Source of the DNA: Mytilus trossulus
Lineage: Eukaryota
Length of the DNA: 64,000 bases
Assembly: GCF_036588685.1 (NCBI RefSeq)
Contig: NC_086381.1
Location: 37,944,001-38,008,000 of the forward strand
Reading direction: 5' to 3'
Shown here: piece after piece, positions 11,203 to 24,400 of the stretch
Layout of the letters: every line of letters starts with the position of its first letter
Numbering within the stretch: position 1 is the stretch's first letter
Notes under the pieces: generated by a model
The model's input: only the letters and a program-made list of their open reading frames with translations
What the model was told of the DNA's origin: nothing
Databases searched by the model: none
Translations under genes and position numbers: made by a program

Positions 11203-14200
11203 CTGTAAAATATAATTTTAATGGTATGATTTGCCAATTGCATTTTTGAGCTTACAAACGAATAAAAGAACACCAATATTTTTTGTGGTTGAGTAATTAG
11301 TAAATTAAAATGATAATTTATTTGTAAATCAACAAATACAGTATAAGGCCTATATTTTAAAATATAAAAAAAAGAAAGATGTGGTATGACTGCCAATGTG
11401 ACGATGCTCCTCAAGAGACCAAATGGCACAGAAATTAACAACTATAGGTCACCACATGGCCTTCAACAATGTGCAAAGCCCATACCACATTGACAGCTCT
11501 AAAAGACCCAGAAATTAACTGTAAAAAGGTTCAAACGACCTAATATATGAACCAAAAACGAACAAAAACAAATTTGTAGATACATCTTAGTGTGATCATT
11601 TATTTGTAATAGCAATTTATCTCCTTGTTTTTGCATCTTATGTATTACTCACGTGCATGTAACGTAGGGACAATGCATTTGATACCATGGAAATACCATC
11701 CAACATGTTTTCCCATCATGTGTGACAGTTCTCGGAAAGTAAAACCTCTTGGAAGAGGATGAGCATGTAGGAGACCAGGTAGGGCGAGGTTCTATTTCAG
11801 TAGCTCTAGGAAAGAAATCAAATGGTCTTCCAGCTAGACTTTCGTTAAATCTTGGTCTGAAAAGATATATTTGTACTCGAAATTAATACTTGAATGGAAT
11901 ATTTGTTACCTTGTCATAACTTTCAATACTACAGTTGTTTCAGTAAAAACTTTTTATCAGGCCAACTTTATATACCTATAGCGGATAATACTACAAAAAA
12001 ATTTATTTTACTATACATATGTTATTTTACATAAGCAGATCCAAAACATGCACACACATAATTTTACTGCTTGACAGTGATTCCATTCACAACCGTTATC
12101 ATTCTATTTGCCTTCTTACAACACCAGGAATGCATATGTATTCAAACTGTATTGCAGTTTCGGAATACTTAGAGATTCAAATGTTATAAATTTGTTTCCC
12201 AAAGTAATAGGACTATTTGTTCTAATGCTCTATCGCAGACAGGAAGTTTTGAATTTATTTGTGATTTTAATTTATTGATCAAGGTCGCCTTATAAGTATT
12301 GACCTTTGTGTTTTTTAATAAGAATTTTAACCATTCAATGATTGATCAAACTAATTACTAGTAGTAAAAATTCCTTTTTTGATGCAATGAAGAAACTTTT
12401 CTGATCATCAATGTAGGCGAGAGCAGAAATTAAATTTTGTAAAAAGAAGTGATTGCATTTATCAGTTCATAATTTAAATAATGAACTATAATACTGCTTA
12501 ATATTTATTATTCTTTTTAAAATATCTCACTGAAAAGGGTTGTATCTGTAACACAGACTGTTTGTATAACTTCTTGCGGTTTGGAGCCAATCTCTTGTGT
12601 ATCTGTCTAACTTACTGATTGCATTGTCTACAGACGTTCTGGAAATGAAAAAAAATAACATTATGTCGAGTGCTTAACTTGAAGGTTAAGCAAATCCTGC
12701 TCCACATGTAGCACCCGTCATGTTGCTCATGTTAATACAAACCCGGTCATAATGGTCATCTAGCACTTTTTGTTGAAATTGCCTGCCGGAAGATCATGAT
12801 ATCTTTAAAGTTTCTAGAATTCCACGTAATCAGGAATCGTCATCAGATGAATCAATTACAATTTTTTTCTCGTGTAATCCACAATCATGCATTTTCGTAT
12901 TAAAGGATATGGTATTTAACATAAAAATAGGGTTTCACAACTGGATATTGACAAGTGCAGTAACACGAGATTTGCCATCTAAATACACACAAATATAAAA
13001 ATTACCAGGTTTTATGACATACTTAAATTGATCGTCTTACAAATACTATCTGTATTTTGATTCCAATGGTTAGTTTTGGTTTTGTTACGTGCTTTTACAA
13101 TGCACTATCTACTCACATTGGATACTTGTCAGCAACTTTCACTTCAACCAACTCTTTTAACGGTGTTTCCTTTGGTCTAGTGCAAAGTGGTGGGTTAGCT
13201 ATTGGAGTAGCTTGTGTTTCAGGAGTATCTAGTTGCGAATGGACAGCAGAAGACATCGCTAAAAATAATGTCATTTGCAGCCTCTAAACATGGAATGACA
13301 AATAAGTAAGAATTCAGTTTAATATTAAAATTTTCTGTTTTTTGCTTTGGATCTGCGCTAAATATCGATTATATTTAATAGTCATATCATCTGTTAGTTT
13401 CATTAAGATTTTCTTAAATTTCAATATGATTACTTATATCTTATCGTATAATTTCCGAAACATATTCTCCTGTTATGGTTGTGAAGTTGAATTATTATTA
13501 GTGTTATCGTCCTGCATATGCATGTTATACTGACACAACCACCAACAAATAAACAAATGTATTAATTATTCGTTATAAGATTGAATACATGAATTGACAT
13601 TTTCAAATTTTATATTTCATACCATTTTTCTTCGCTTCAATGGCGTATGTAATTATTTGCCTGTTTCTTCGAAAGTCATATTAGTGGAGCGGCGGAGAGG
13701 ACAATTTCAGAAATTTAAATAGCATAAATACCTCATGGAATTTTAATAGCTCATTGGAAAGCCGAAATCGTATACTTTTTGAAAATATGTGTCGTAAATA
13801 TGAAAGCTTGTACCATTATGCCGAAAACCAAGATCAAAGGTCATCACGAAAAAGTCATATTCTCATCTAGTAAAACAATACCATTGATATTTTTCAAAAT
13901 TAGTAATCTATTTAATAAATTAAATGAGTATTATTATGTATCAATGTGTTTGTTCATACCTTTTTTTTCATTTGGACATGACGTCAGAACAACGTTATAT
14001 TTAACTTTTTTGAAGGTAGTCCGTGGTATACAAATTTTAAAGCCTAATAAAAAAACAGTAGCATAATAACCGGGATATTTCACCTCGACAAAGAACATTT
14101 CTTGAATAGTTTAGGATAAAAGTTTTTAAAAAAGTATTCGAAATGCATAGTTTATAAATCAAACAATAAAACTGTGCAGCCGTGTTAAATTTCCATTCAG

Positions 14201-17200
14201 TTTTCAAAGTTTAGACATGTCACTTAGTTTTCCTTAAATGAACTTTCTCAATACAAGATACCTTTTCATATAACATAGTTATTGGAGTGGTAGACTACCA
14301 AGCAAGCATTTTGTAGAAATTATTCAAAAATTAAGACATTGAACGTTTTGGTTCTATTATCTATGATGAGCTTAATTTCATAAAAAATGAAACGTGGAAA
14401 AACATATAGCAAATCACAATAAAGCTATCAAATATTGTAACAAGAACTATTTTTATGATATTTCATCTGTGTCATCAGCTATGTCAACGGATACTGACTG
14501 GACATTATTACAACTTCCTACATTTTGGCAAAAACATAAATCAGTGCAAGGAAGACCCTGCTCCTTGTAAACGCATACGTCCTGGCATGTTTCCCCCCTT
14601 ACACGAACAAATAAGATCTTGTAGAAAGTCTGATGCCAATTGTCCCTCAAAGAACACTGGCTCTAACTTGTCATTTTGTGCAGTTTTCCAACCAAAAGCA
14701 CATGGGGAGCCATTATTTGGGTTGGCCAAATTTTCCCAAACTTTGCTTTGCCACATTGCACGCATTACGTGTTGCTTAAATACGGATTCACATGGCGGAG
14801 GCTTTATAAGACTGTTATCTTAATTGATAGCCAACTGATGTCTCAGCAAATTTAAATCGTTGTGATATTTCTTAAATTTGTACTTTGAGTCGTATAAAGC
14901 AGCAAAAAAACTCCCTAGCAGCAACTACCGCACTTTCAACATCATGGTGTGTTAAGGTGTAACACCACTAATTCAGGCCCGGCCAGAAAGCACATACCAG
15001 AAAGTAGTACATATCTAACACAAAACAGTTCCTACGCATGAGTGTAACTTTCAAAATATGAAGAATATTTAGGTATTTTTGGTATCAAATGAAAGCTGAA
15101 GGACTGGTGATCATTGCAGAACACTTTTGGATTTTTAATGTTGAATATTAAAAAAATTGCACCAAATTTCAAAAAGAGGGTACATTTAGTCTGTTTGTCA
15201 GATCTGAAGTACCTGTTTTGGTACATCCGAAGTTCTGGGAACCAGTTCTTTCTTATATGCCATGTAAGGAATGTTGATTTTTTCAGTAGAAGACACCATA
15301 AAGTGTTGCGTTGACATGCAATGATTGCCACTTTATTTGAACTTAAAATGAAAGAGGTGTGCCTGGTTGAAATGGAGGAATTTAACATAGAAAGTAATGG
15401 GACCATGAATTAGTGGTGTAAATTTATTCAGATTGGTCCACTTCATCTTTATGGAAAGTATGAAAAAAAGTTTAATTGTGGAACTGTGATTTTTTTCACG
15501 ATAATAGCCCAAAAATAGGTAAAAATCGATGAAAAGTGAGAAAATCATCAAAATTGGGCATTTTCAAAGGGCCGTAGCAAAAAACGAAGCACACCACCAT
15601 ATGATTTTTTCTTCACCAATTGTTTTGTTACAGTCTTATAAACCTAAAAATCAGGTTAAGAAAAAAAGTTTAATTCTAGAAATTTTTGGCTCCTCAGAGG
15701 TGTACATCCTTAAGGCTACACGATTACTAAAACGGCTTGGTTTTGTTCTGAGGTGGTTGAATACCGACTTTTTATCATTGCAAAAAAAAAGAGTGGAATC
15801 ACACCCACTCAGAGCATGAACGACCGGCAGAATACCGGTGACAAATGGGTCAATAAACGAAACAATGTCGTGACCTGGTATTAAACGTTTATTATCCTTC
15901 AAGCTACCTATTGAACCAGTTTGAACCCATAATTCTTTTGTATTTTTAAGCATTGGGTAGACATGTAAAGCCAGAACAAGAACATCAGTATCATCTGATT
16001 TTATATTAATTCCATCCTTGACGTCTTTCCCAACAAATATCCCATCCGTGTGAACAGCATGCAAAATAATTCCGGTATCTGCTTCTTCATGGTTACAACG
16101 CAATGTCGGACAACTATAACACTACTGTGTGTCATTTTTTATGCAATTTCCAGATCAGTAAAACAACCAGCCATGTTCAAAGCGTTTGGAAACTTTACAT
16201 TTACATTTGATGTGACATATTCACCAAGAAAATGCAAAAAGGATTTTTTGTTTTGAGAGACAAACAAAAATCGTTTCCAGTCTGGCACAAGTCGACTTTC
16301 AATGACCTGGAAAAGACCTGAATATCCTGTTTTGACGACCTTCATTTCTTTCACAAGATTTGACTGATAGTAATACGTCGTACCCACTTTCACTTTGCTG
16401 GATAGAGCCCTGTCAACATGATCATTGGCAAGGTCACCGACAGTTGAACTTTTTTCAAATGAAATGTTTGAACAATTGCCATTTCATCTCTGATAATCAC
16501 TGTTTTTGACAGACAAACAGAAGAAGCAGTTTCCTCAAGCTTGTGGAGCAAGTCAGCTTTTACCGATTTCCTCATTGATCCGTTATCATGAAAAATTGCA
16601 GTTGGGACTGGGCCAATCGTATGCTCCATGATCTTTTGCAGAGAGACGTCATTAAGTGAGCTACTTAATGTCAAGGCTCTTCGAAACACAAGCTCTGGTT
16701 CAATATAAATGTGCATAGTGTCTCCTGTACGAGAACGAAACGGGGTTTTCTTGGACATGTCGGCAAATGTTTTTAGAATAGACCGCGACAAGAGACTATA
16801 GAAACTAGACTTTCAATCGATTTACAATGCGTTGTTTACAAAGGATCGTAGCATTTTATCACCTGTTTCGATCGCAGTGAAAAGGGATTTCTGAATTTCT
16901 GGTGACGCATGCATGCCCGTGGAAATATTTATCAAGCATGCGGGGTGTAAACTGATATCAAATGGGTTAGTCATGCGTTCGGTGAGATTATTTATTAACG
17001 TCTTTACATGCTCCCCGTAGCGTTTCATGGCTGCTTCTTGAGTTTGCCCATGTATATGATCCACCTCCGCATTGTGCTGGCATAATAATCAGCAACGCAA
17101 TGACGAGATAATGACCATCTGATTAACGCAGAATTTTTTCCAGCAATGTTTGCTGTACCCCCACTACCTTTTGAATCTTTGATCACAGTTTTTCCACAGC

Positions 17201-20200
17201 CATGTCACTCCAAATCCCGTTGTATCTCCCAGATACCTGTCAAATGGTGAATTCATCATTGTCAAAATGTTGCTGAACCTCTGGTGGTATCTCTAACATA
17301 TCTAGAAGGTAAACAGGTGCCCATCATGAAGAGTTTGTACGGTTGGTGTATGATAGCATTTTAGAAATGGTAAACAAATGCAGTTTCCAATGTCCTTCAC
17401 GTTCTGCTTTAATATTGTTTAATATTAGTTGGATGGCATGCAACAGCATTAACCAATATTTAAACTTTGGTGATTTTTTCCCTGATAGAATTAATATACT
17501 CGGTTAAAACAAGAGTCACATACTGCGTAAATGTTTCAGTAAGATTATCAACATGCTGACTGTTACCAGAACATGCAGAAGATTCAAACTGTAAATTGGC
17601 CTCTTTCATCCTGCTGCACACATGTTTTGGTACATTAGCCAATCGATCTTCTAAAACACTACATTCGAAAAACTGAGACAACAAAACATGCACCAATACT
17701 TCATAGACAAGGATTAACCCAAGAACTGCCCTGTTGAACTGTTTGCCGCTGTGCAGTGGCTCTACAGTTATTCCTGCATAGGAGCCAGCTGAAGGACGCC
17801 TCCGTGTGCGGGAATTTCTCGCTACATTGAAGACCTGTTGGTGACCTTCTGCTGTTTTTTTTTATTTGGTCGGGTTGTTGTCTCTTTGACACATTCTCCA
17901 TTTCCATTCTCAATTTTATAGACACCAGAGTCAACACGCAAGTCTTGCAGACAGACCGGCTTCCATCCATAATTTTCCCACTGCCGTAATAAAACAAAAG
18001 AGGACATGGAAAACACCGAGTCTAATTATATGATCAGCAAATTTATCTTTCAGGGACCATTTGACTTGTTGAGTAACTGCATATAGCTGCTGATCCATTG
18101 TCTTAATTGCATGTTTTTGACCCAACGTATGGTCTTTAAATTCTGACAATTGTGCATTGCAGTAAATACAGTGACCATGTCGCTTGGTTTATTGTCAATT
18201 ATAGGACCATAGGTAACAATTGTTATATCTGGTTTAAAGTCAGCAAGTGTGCTGATGAAACCAGATCAAAATGGAAAAAGTTGTTCGGTACAACATTTAC
18301 TAGACAATTCATGTGGCAAGACAGATCCCTCTCTGCATATATATCATTCTACAAATAACCCACAACAAATCTGGAATCTGACCGATTAGATCTGTGCAAG
18401 TGTTTAATAGTTCCAGTGCAGTATATTGAAGTTGGAACGGTTCGCCCTCATTTTTGGTTTTGTAAAGGGTAAGCACTGCATCAGCGAGGATACTTTTTCG
18501 TCATAGACTAATGCTTTGTCCTGTTTCCGTTCAAACCGTTGTCGGGCATTAAATCCGAATGTTCCATGTATAATTGAATTTTGAAATATAGCACGTGCCA
18601 TCGAGTGAAATGTGTTTTTTCTGTCAATCGTTTCGGTATTAATTTCAATATTGTCCACACCTTAATGGATTAAGGAGCCACAATTAGCTATACCGGACGC
18701 GACTTAACAACCACCTTGCATTTTTGTTATTTCACCATTTGCAACACTAGTCAAATAAACCTCCGAACCTCGTCATACTTGACACAGAAACCATTTGCAT
18801 TTGAATTTCTAATCAAAGACTTCGATCCGAACTCATGATTTTACTGTACTGCAAAACTTAAACTTAGTGGAGTAATTATGTTACTACAATTTGACACCAG
18901 GTACTCTGCAAGAGCTGCACATTTTCTTCGAATATCATGCGAAATATCCATTGATATTGTAGAATATGTTTCAAAAGACGTTTTGTCAAGTAGCCAAGTA
19001 ATAAAACTTATCAAACAAGTTGGCAACATTGCTTCTTACATTTTCAATGATACTTCGTCATTTGCAGGATAATAATCTTCAGAAATATTCCATTGTTTGT
19101 CTTAATATTCAGGCGGCTGCATTGAGTATATGCATATCAGTTTGTTCATTGGTTTTGGTGGAGCTACATGTACTCAGGTCGGCTTTTATCTCAAGCTATT
19201 AAAATTTTGCTATGATGTTATTCGCTGCCGTAACAACGTCGCCAATGAAAATATCGCTATCAAATACAATGCTAGATTTACTTTGTCTTTGTTGAGCAAA
19301 AAATACAATGGCATCCCTGTAATGCTTCTCAAGTTTAGCCTTAAGCTTAGAGGAATTACAGTAGGTCTTACTTATTTTATCAGGTAAAAAAGACTGGTAC
19401 ATTGTCAAGAGTGATGAAAATAGAAGAGACATTTTTGTCACGAATTAAGTATCTGTCTATAATTTCCACCACTCTTTCAAATGCCAAATTATACGCTGAT
19501 TTATCAGTTGATTTTGGTCTGTACGCCAAGAATGTGGTCAGACATACTGCACGATACACTGCATTATTTAGCAAATTCTCTTTCTCTATTCGATTAAGCA
19601 TTTCAGCGTCGCATGCTCTGACAGCGGCATCTTTAAGATTGGCTAATCTTTCAGCAGATGAAATGGTATGTAATGTTTTCACCCTTTTAAGTGACATTTT
19701 GCTGCAAATAATACACGTAAATGTATTGAGAGGGTGATCATTATTTCCAGGCACCAAATGATTAGATAAATCGTTATTTATATCTGGTGTTTCCTTTTCA
19801 GCTGAAGAACATGCTACTGATTTTAAATTCTGTTTACTTGTGTAGCTTTTTAAACATGACCTATGGTACCTAAATACGGGTAATTCACTAGCTGTTTCAT
19901 TGCAGAATTCATTAAAATAACTGAACAAATTATCACGTCTCTTTGCTGCAGCATTTATCAGGCTTTTTCTTCCAGATTCCGTTGATGTTATTAAAATTTC
20001 ATCATCAACAGAATTGCAGATAATTCAATTGTCAACACCAACTTCCACTCTCCTTTTTTTGGCATCTGGCGGGACTAGTTTTTATGAGACTGATAAGTTG
20101 TCCATTTGATTAAATAAAAAAACAAGTCAAACACACCTGAAAACCAAACCAACCCTACAATGATGTAAATTCAACAAAAACTGATAAACAACATAAATTA

Positions 20201-21426
20201 ATCACAAAGCTTCGGAAATAACAAAATGAACAATAAATATGCTTGTTTACAATTAACCTTCGAAAAATTGTTGAATGTTGGACTATAAATAGAAACCACA
20301 ACAAAGTCGGTAAATTTGTGACAAATATTTGGACTTGAAATCTCGATAAAAAGCATTTATTTAGTCAAATATTTATCTATTTAGAAATTAACTGCAAAAA
20401 GTAAATCGAGTCGATTGTAGTATTATACGGCGGTTTTATTGTTGTGCCTTTAAAATACACATCTACTGCACGTGTAAATAATGCTAGGTGAAAACGATGA
20501 TTTTTCAGTGTTATTTTCAACCATTTTCAGATGCATTGTGCTTTCCATATAGGACTATTTGAAAATGCTCTTAAATTGAATAAAGTAAAGAATTACTATA
20601 TTTACCAATTTCGTATTTTTTAGAACGAGTTTGATATGAGATATGAGTACCGAATCAGCAGTGGGATACACGATGCAAGTTGGGTTAAGGCTATTTTTAA
20701 CGTCATTTGTACCACATTGGATTTTTAAGACACACATTTTTCTGAAATTGAATAATCGATAGACATTTTAAGCCATTAAAATCCCATGAGGTATTTAGGT
20801 AATTTAAACTCGTTAACTAAGCGACTTTTTTAACAGTCGCCGCTCCACTATATGAAACGAGTTCCTTGAATGTTAATGTTATCAAAATTATTGAACCAAA
20901 TAAAATTGAGAATGGAAATGGGGAATGCACGCATATATACTAATGAAACATATTTTGCATACATGCTTTTAATATTTTTTACACATCTTTAACGTATAAT
21001 CGATATTTATTGAAATAACCTTCAAAAAAAGTAAAATCACAAAAACACTAAACTCCGATGACAATTCAAAACGGAAAGTCCCTAACCAAATGGTAAAATC
21101 AAATAATTAAACACATCAAACAAATGGACAACAACTGTCATATTTCTGACCTGTTACAGCCATTTGAAATGTAGGAAATGGTGGAATGAACCTTGTTTTA
21201 TAGCGTTTAACCTTTCACTTGTATGACAGTCGCATCAAGTTCCATTACATTTACAACGATGCATAAACAAAACAGACATAATAGTTACTAACAGTTGTTA
21301 AATAAATTGTTGAAATACATTTTGTTCTGATGAGTCTAATGCATCTGTTATTTCATTTTGCGAATTGTTTGTCTGTTACTTCTTATATTGTAATATTATA
21401 AAATTATTTTCTGATAGACTTACCAT
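11016..21426 (-). CDS. Paralogue B: secreted Spaetzle-like cystine-knot protein, 222 aa, join(21424-21426,13117-13283,12531-12638,11653-11856,11016-11202)
   Basis: Canonical splice sites, phases 0,2,2,2, open 669-nt CDS. MRLQMTLFLAMSSAVHS-QLDTPETQATPIANPPLCTRPKETPLKELVEVKVADKYPI-TSVDNAISKLDRYTRDWLQTARSYTNSLCYRYNPFQ-PRFNESLAGRPFDFFPRATEIEPRPTWSPTCSSSSKRFYFPRTVTHDGKTCWMVFPWYQMHCPYVTCT-NKACFSVKGIVSRNGPGVTACRSSTLRSFDYFIWCLRSGIVRRYVRLPQTCLCMTLYCLGF*. Confidence 0.88.
11653..11856 (-). CDS. Paralogue B coding exon 4
   Basis: cttttcag acceptor and GTGAGT donor; WSPTC..FYFPR..CWMVFPWYQMHCPYVTC. Confidence 0.9.
12531..12638 (-). CDS. Paralogue B coding exon 3
   Basis: tttccag acceptor and GTGAGA donor, 108 nt, phase 2-2, single conserved Cys. 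Confidence 0.8.
13117..13283 (-). CDS. Paralogue B coding exon 2
   Basis: tttag acceptor followed by AGGCTGCA (same start as C and D); GTGAGT donor after DKYP. Confidence 0.88.
14956..15709. mobile_element. Non-autonomous TTAA-targeting DNA element (Kolobok-like GG..CC termini) nested in the Academ nuclease ORF
   Basis: TTAA at 14952-14955 and 15710-15713; imperfect TIR GGTGTAACACC / GGATGTACACC. Removing the element restores the reading frame RVALTHHDVESAVVAAREFF. Confidence 0.72.
17782..17919. repeat. Short interspersed repeat copy nested in the Academ element
   Basis: CCAGCTGAAGGAC..ACATTGAAGACC..GGTCGGGTTGTTGTCTCTTTGACACATT..CTCAATTTTA also occurs at ~24548-24690, ~40805-40945 (inverted), ~45680-45740 and ~51300-51410. 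Confidence 0.8.
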
Positions 21427-24400
21427 GATTGTGTGTCTCTGCTTCTAAAACTTTAAAACATATACAAATCTAGGGGGAAAATCTGTTAACCTTTTCTCTT
21501 GCATAAATAGTGCGTTATATTTGAATATGCCTTCATAAAACATATTGATATAACATAAAAGTCATATTACCAAACGGACGTATTATGCTAATATGTATAT
21601 TTTATACTTAGTATAATTCAGGCGTAGATCTTTTTCTTCTGCAAGGTTTTAATAGTATTAAAATGTGAAAATTTTACGGATAGTGTACAAAGGTAAATCG
21701 GCTTAAACAAAACTTGTATATTGTAAATGAAGTGTGTGATAGCAAAAGAAGGAAACGTCAAAACAAATATCACATATACTGATGGACTTTAACACGCTAA
21801 ACCAGACATTTTTTTTATTTCAATTGAAAATTTTCCAGTACCTGTAAAATACAAATAGACACATGGCAATTACATTTGTACAGCAATGTCTTAAAGTATT
21901 TGCTAAAGACAGTTAAATTGATAAAGTATTGTTAAATGACTTAATCCCATGGTATGCATTGGAAACCTTATATTTATGAATTTATCACTGCCAAAGGCAA
22001 CCATCGTCTAAATGATTGACATCGAAGTTGACCACTCATATGTGGGGTGTACTAAAAGTAATTGTTGGTCTTATTGATAAGACCTCTGTCTCATCTATTA
22101 CAGTCTATCTGGATGTTTTACTGTTTGAACTGTTTTCATTAAAACTGTTTTTCTATAAATGCAACAATAAAAAAAGTAATACAGATTCATTCATAGTCCT
22201 TAGCACGTACTTTCGTTGAATAAGGGCAAATGGTATTTTCGGGAAATTTAATCGTTCACGTACTTAACTGTACGCAGAATTTCCACGACCATTGGTATAG
22301 CACGAATTCAGATTAATCCACATTTTAGAAAAACAGGAAAAATAAAACCAGGTCTCATTATTCTGTGTGTAGTGTGGTAAATGTGTTGTCAAAATAAATG
22401 CTTTTCTTCAAAAAATAAATACAAATTACGTTTGAATTAACATCTGTATTATCAAATATCTTGACAAGCAGCTAAGTTTTTTTTTAAATCATATTTTTTT
22501 TATTTTCTTCTCTTAACATTTTGGATTGCACAATATTGCAAAATTGGACACACTAATTGAAACTATCGTGTGGTATATCAGCGGAATATATTCCCTCCAA
22601 TAGATTTGTCTTATACTTTGCCAAAACTAATATTTTACTACGCTTTGTTTTTTTTTAAATATGATAAAAAAGTATGGGTCATCGTGCCATATTTCGTTCA
22701 AAATATTCAAACCTCCTTAGAATGTTCATAAAAAAAACAATTCTGTGAAAAAAAGGAAATCTAAGTGATATAATTTTGAAACAAATTATGAGAAGATAGG
22801 TTGTATGAAAAAAAACACACTATCTATCTTTAAAGATGTCCGCTTTTCATGTTTTGGAATTTTCGTCAGATTTTCGGAATCCTCTGGTTTTATCCATTTG
22901 AATGCCTGAAAAATGTTTGCCAATTGACCCTCCATTTTTCTTTTTTCATAATTTTTTGCATGTATGATTTAAGCCATTTGTAAAAGTCATATTAATCTTA
23001 TTTATTTTTTAATGTTTTTTGAGAATTTAACATTTCAATGATAAAGGGATGAAAACATCAAAAGCGAAACATTTTCCCGCCAAAATTTCATTGGCATATA
23101 TTTCGAAAAGAAGCACATTAATGTCTATATATTTTTAGATTTTTTGATTCCTTAATTAGTTCCCTATCAATATATACTAGTTTTGTGAAAAGCTATTTAT
23201 TTTGAAACTTAGTAAAAAAAAAGTGTCCCCGGACTTTTTTCCCCGCTAAATGTTGTTCAAAATTATCTGATTTTTTACAAATTATGCATCGAAAATCCAA
23301 TTTTGTGTGCTAAAATGAAAACTTCACTATAGAATTTTAAGATAAAACTTGAAAAGATAGCTCAACCAATATGCTTTCGAGGACGTTACTCGGAAATATA
23401 AATCAACATGCAGTTTATAGGTTCAGGTATTGCACATTCAATCTTATATTGTAATATTCTTTACAAGGCTAAAAAACGTCGGAATTCACCTCAAAAAGTA
23501 ACAAAAAAATTATACAGATTTATTAAGAAGGGACAAACTGTTTTCAGGTCATTAAAGATGGCATATTATAGTATTAATATTGATTCACTTCTAGGGTCTT
23601 TGCATCGGAAATAACATATTTATTCCAAAACCAGTTGTTTGCATGATACGTGTTATGTGCTTGCGAAAGTGTTATAAATTGGGGTCAAATAATTATGTAT
23701 TATAGCTAACACTCATATCTATCTATCTTAGTATATAAACACAATAGTGTAACTACATGTCAAGTCAAATTCACGTCGGTTTATTTTTCATTCTAATAAA
23801 ACTTAATTTTCAATCGAGCTTCATTAAGTATATGCATTTAAGCTTTCATTGCCCATAACAAGAAGTTATACGAGGGATGTAACATCATGTTCTATTTCTG
23901 ATGGTTTGAAATCACATCTACATATGGAAGTGTTATCATGTATCAGCAAAAAAGTTTATATTGACAATTACACCAGAAAGAGACGAGACAGTACAGCGAA
24001 TCATATTGCAATACAAAAGCAGTTTTAGTTTTAGTTTTAAACATATGTATTTAGAGTGGATTTGGAAACAAGTTTTGCAACTTATATCAATCCCTTTCCA
24101 CTTTGCGGGTACGAGTGCTGCCTTGTAGCGGCATTAGCCTACTTTGTTTCGAAATGTACAAGGGTGTCTTCAACGTGTAAGATATGTGTGTCTCTTTTAA
24201 CACGGGTCAGATAATACAAAAGCAGTAATGAGCTATTAATTTGGGGACAGAAAAAAAGACGCAATCAACTTGTTTTTATCTGAATAGTGTGTGAACTCAT
24301 CGTGAGTCCTCATTAAACGAAAACATACATACAAATAAAACTAACAAAGATGCTCAAGAAAAAAAGTGTTTGTAGTTAAGAATGCGTTCATTATAAACAA

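Larger units (their letters stand above)
14453..20105 (-). pseudogene. Frameshifted Academ transposase / XPG-like nuclease ORF
   Basis: Collinear minus-strand fragments: YHRSCLKSYT, DNIEINTETIDRKNTFHSM, TMDQQLY..KW..IIRLGVFH, GIWSDMAVEK, GSMRKSVKADL, CNHEEADTGIILHA, SDDTDVLVLAL, HALSGCDST, LICSCK..GLPCTDLCFC. Many stops and frameshifts. Confidence 0.85.
13682..20850 (-). mobile_element. Academ (AcademX-like) DNA transposon, full-length but decayed, in intron 1 of paralogue B
   Basis: Perfect 13-bp TIR TAGTGGAGCGGCG at both ends, plus a subterminal inverted block (TAAATACCTCATGG.ATTTTAAT). 3-bp TSD TAT at 13679-13681 and 20851-20853. Internal fragments carry DDE-like, XPG/PIN-like and Cys-cluster motifs typical of AcademX. 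Confidence 0.82.

Noticed and set aside
11203-11441. N-terminal part of ORF 11016..11441 (likewise 28755..28870 and 4287..4338)
   Set aside because: Intronic read-through beyond the splice sites; part of it is repeat family 1.
13677-20854. Alternative reading of the large transposon as a P element with CATA termini
   Set aside because: No 7-8 bp TSD at those boundaries, whereas the TAG..CTA ends give an exact TAT duplication and the protein motifs fit Academ.
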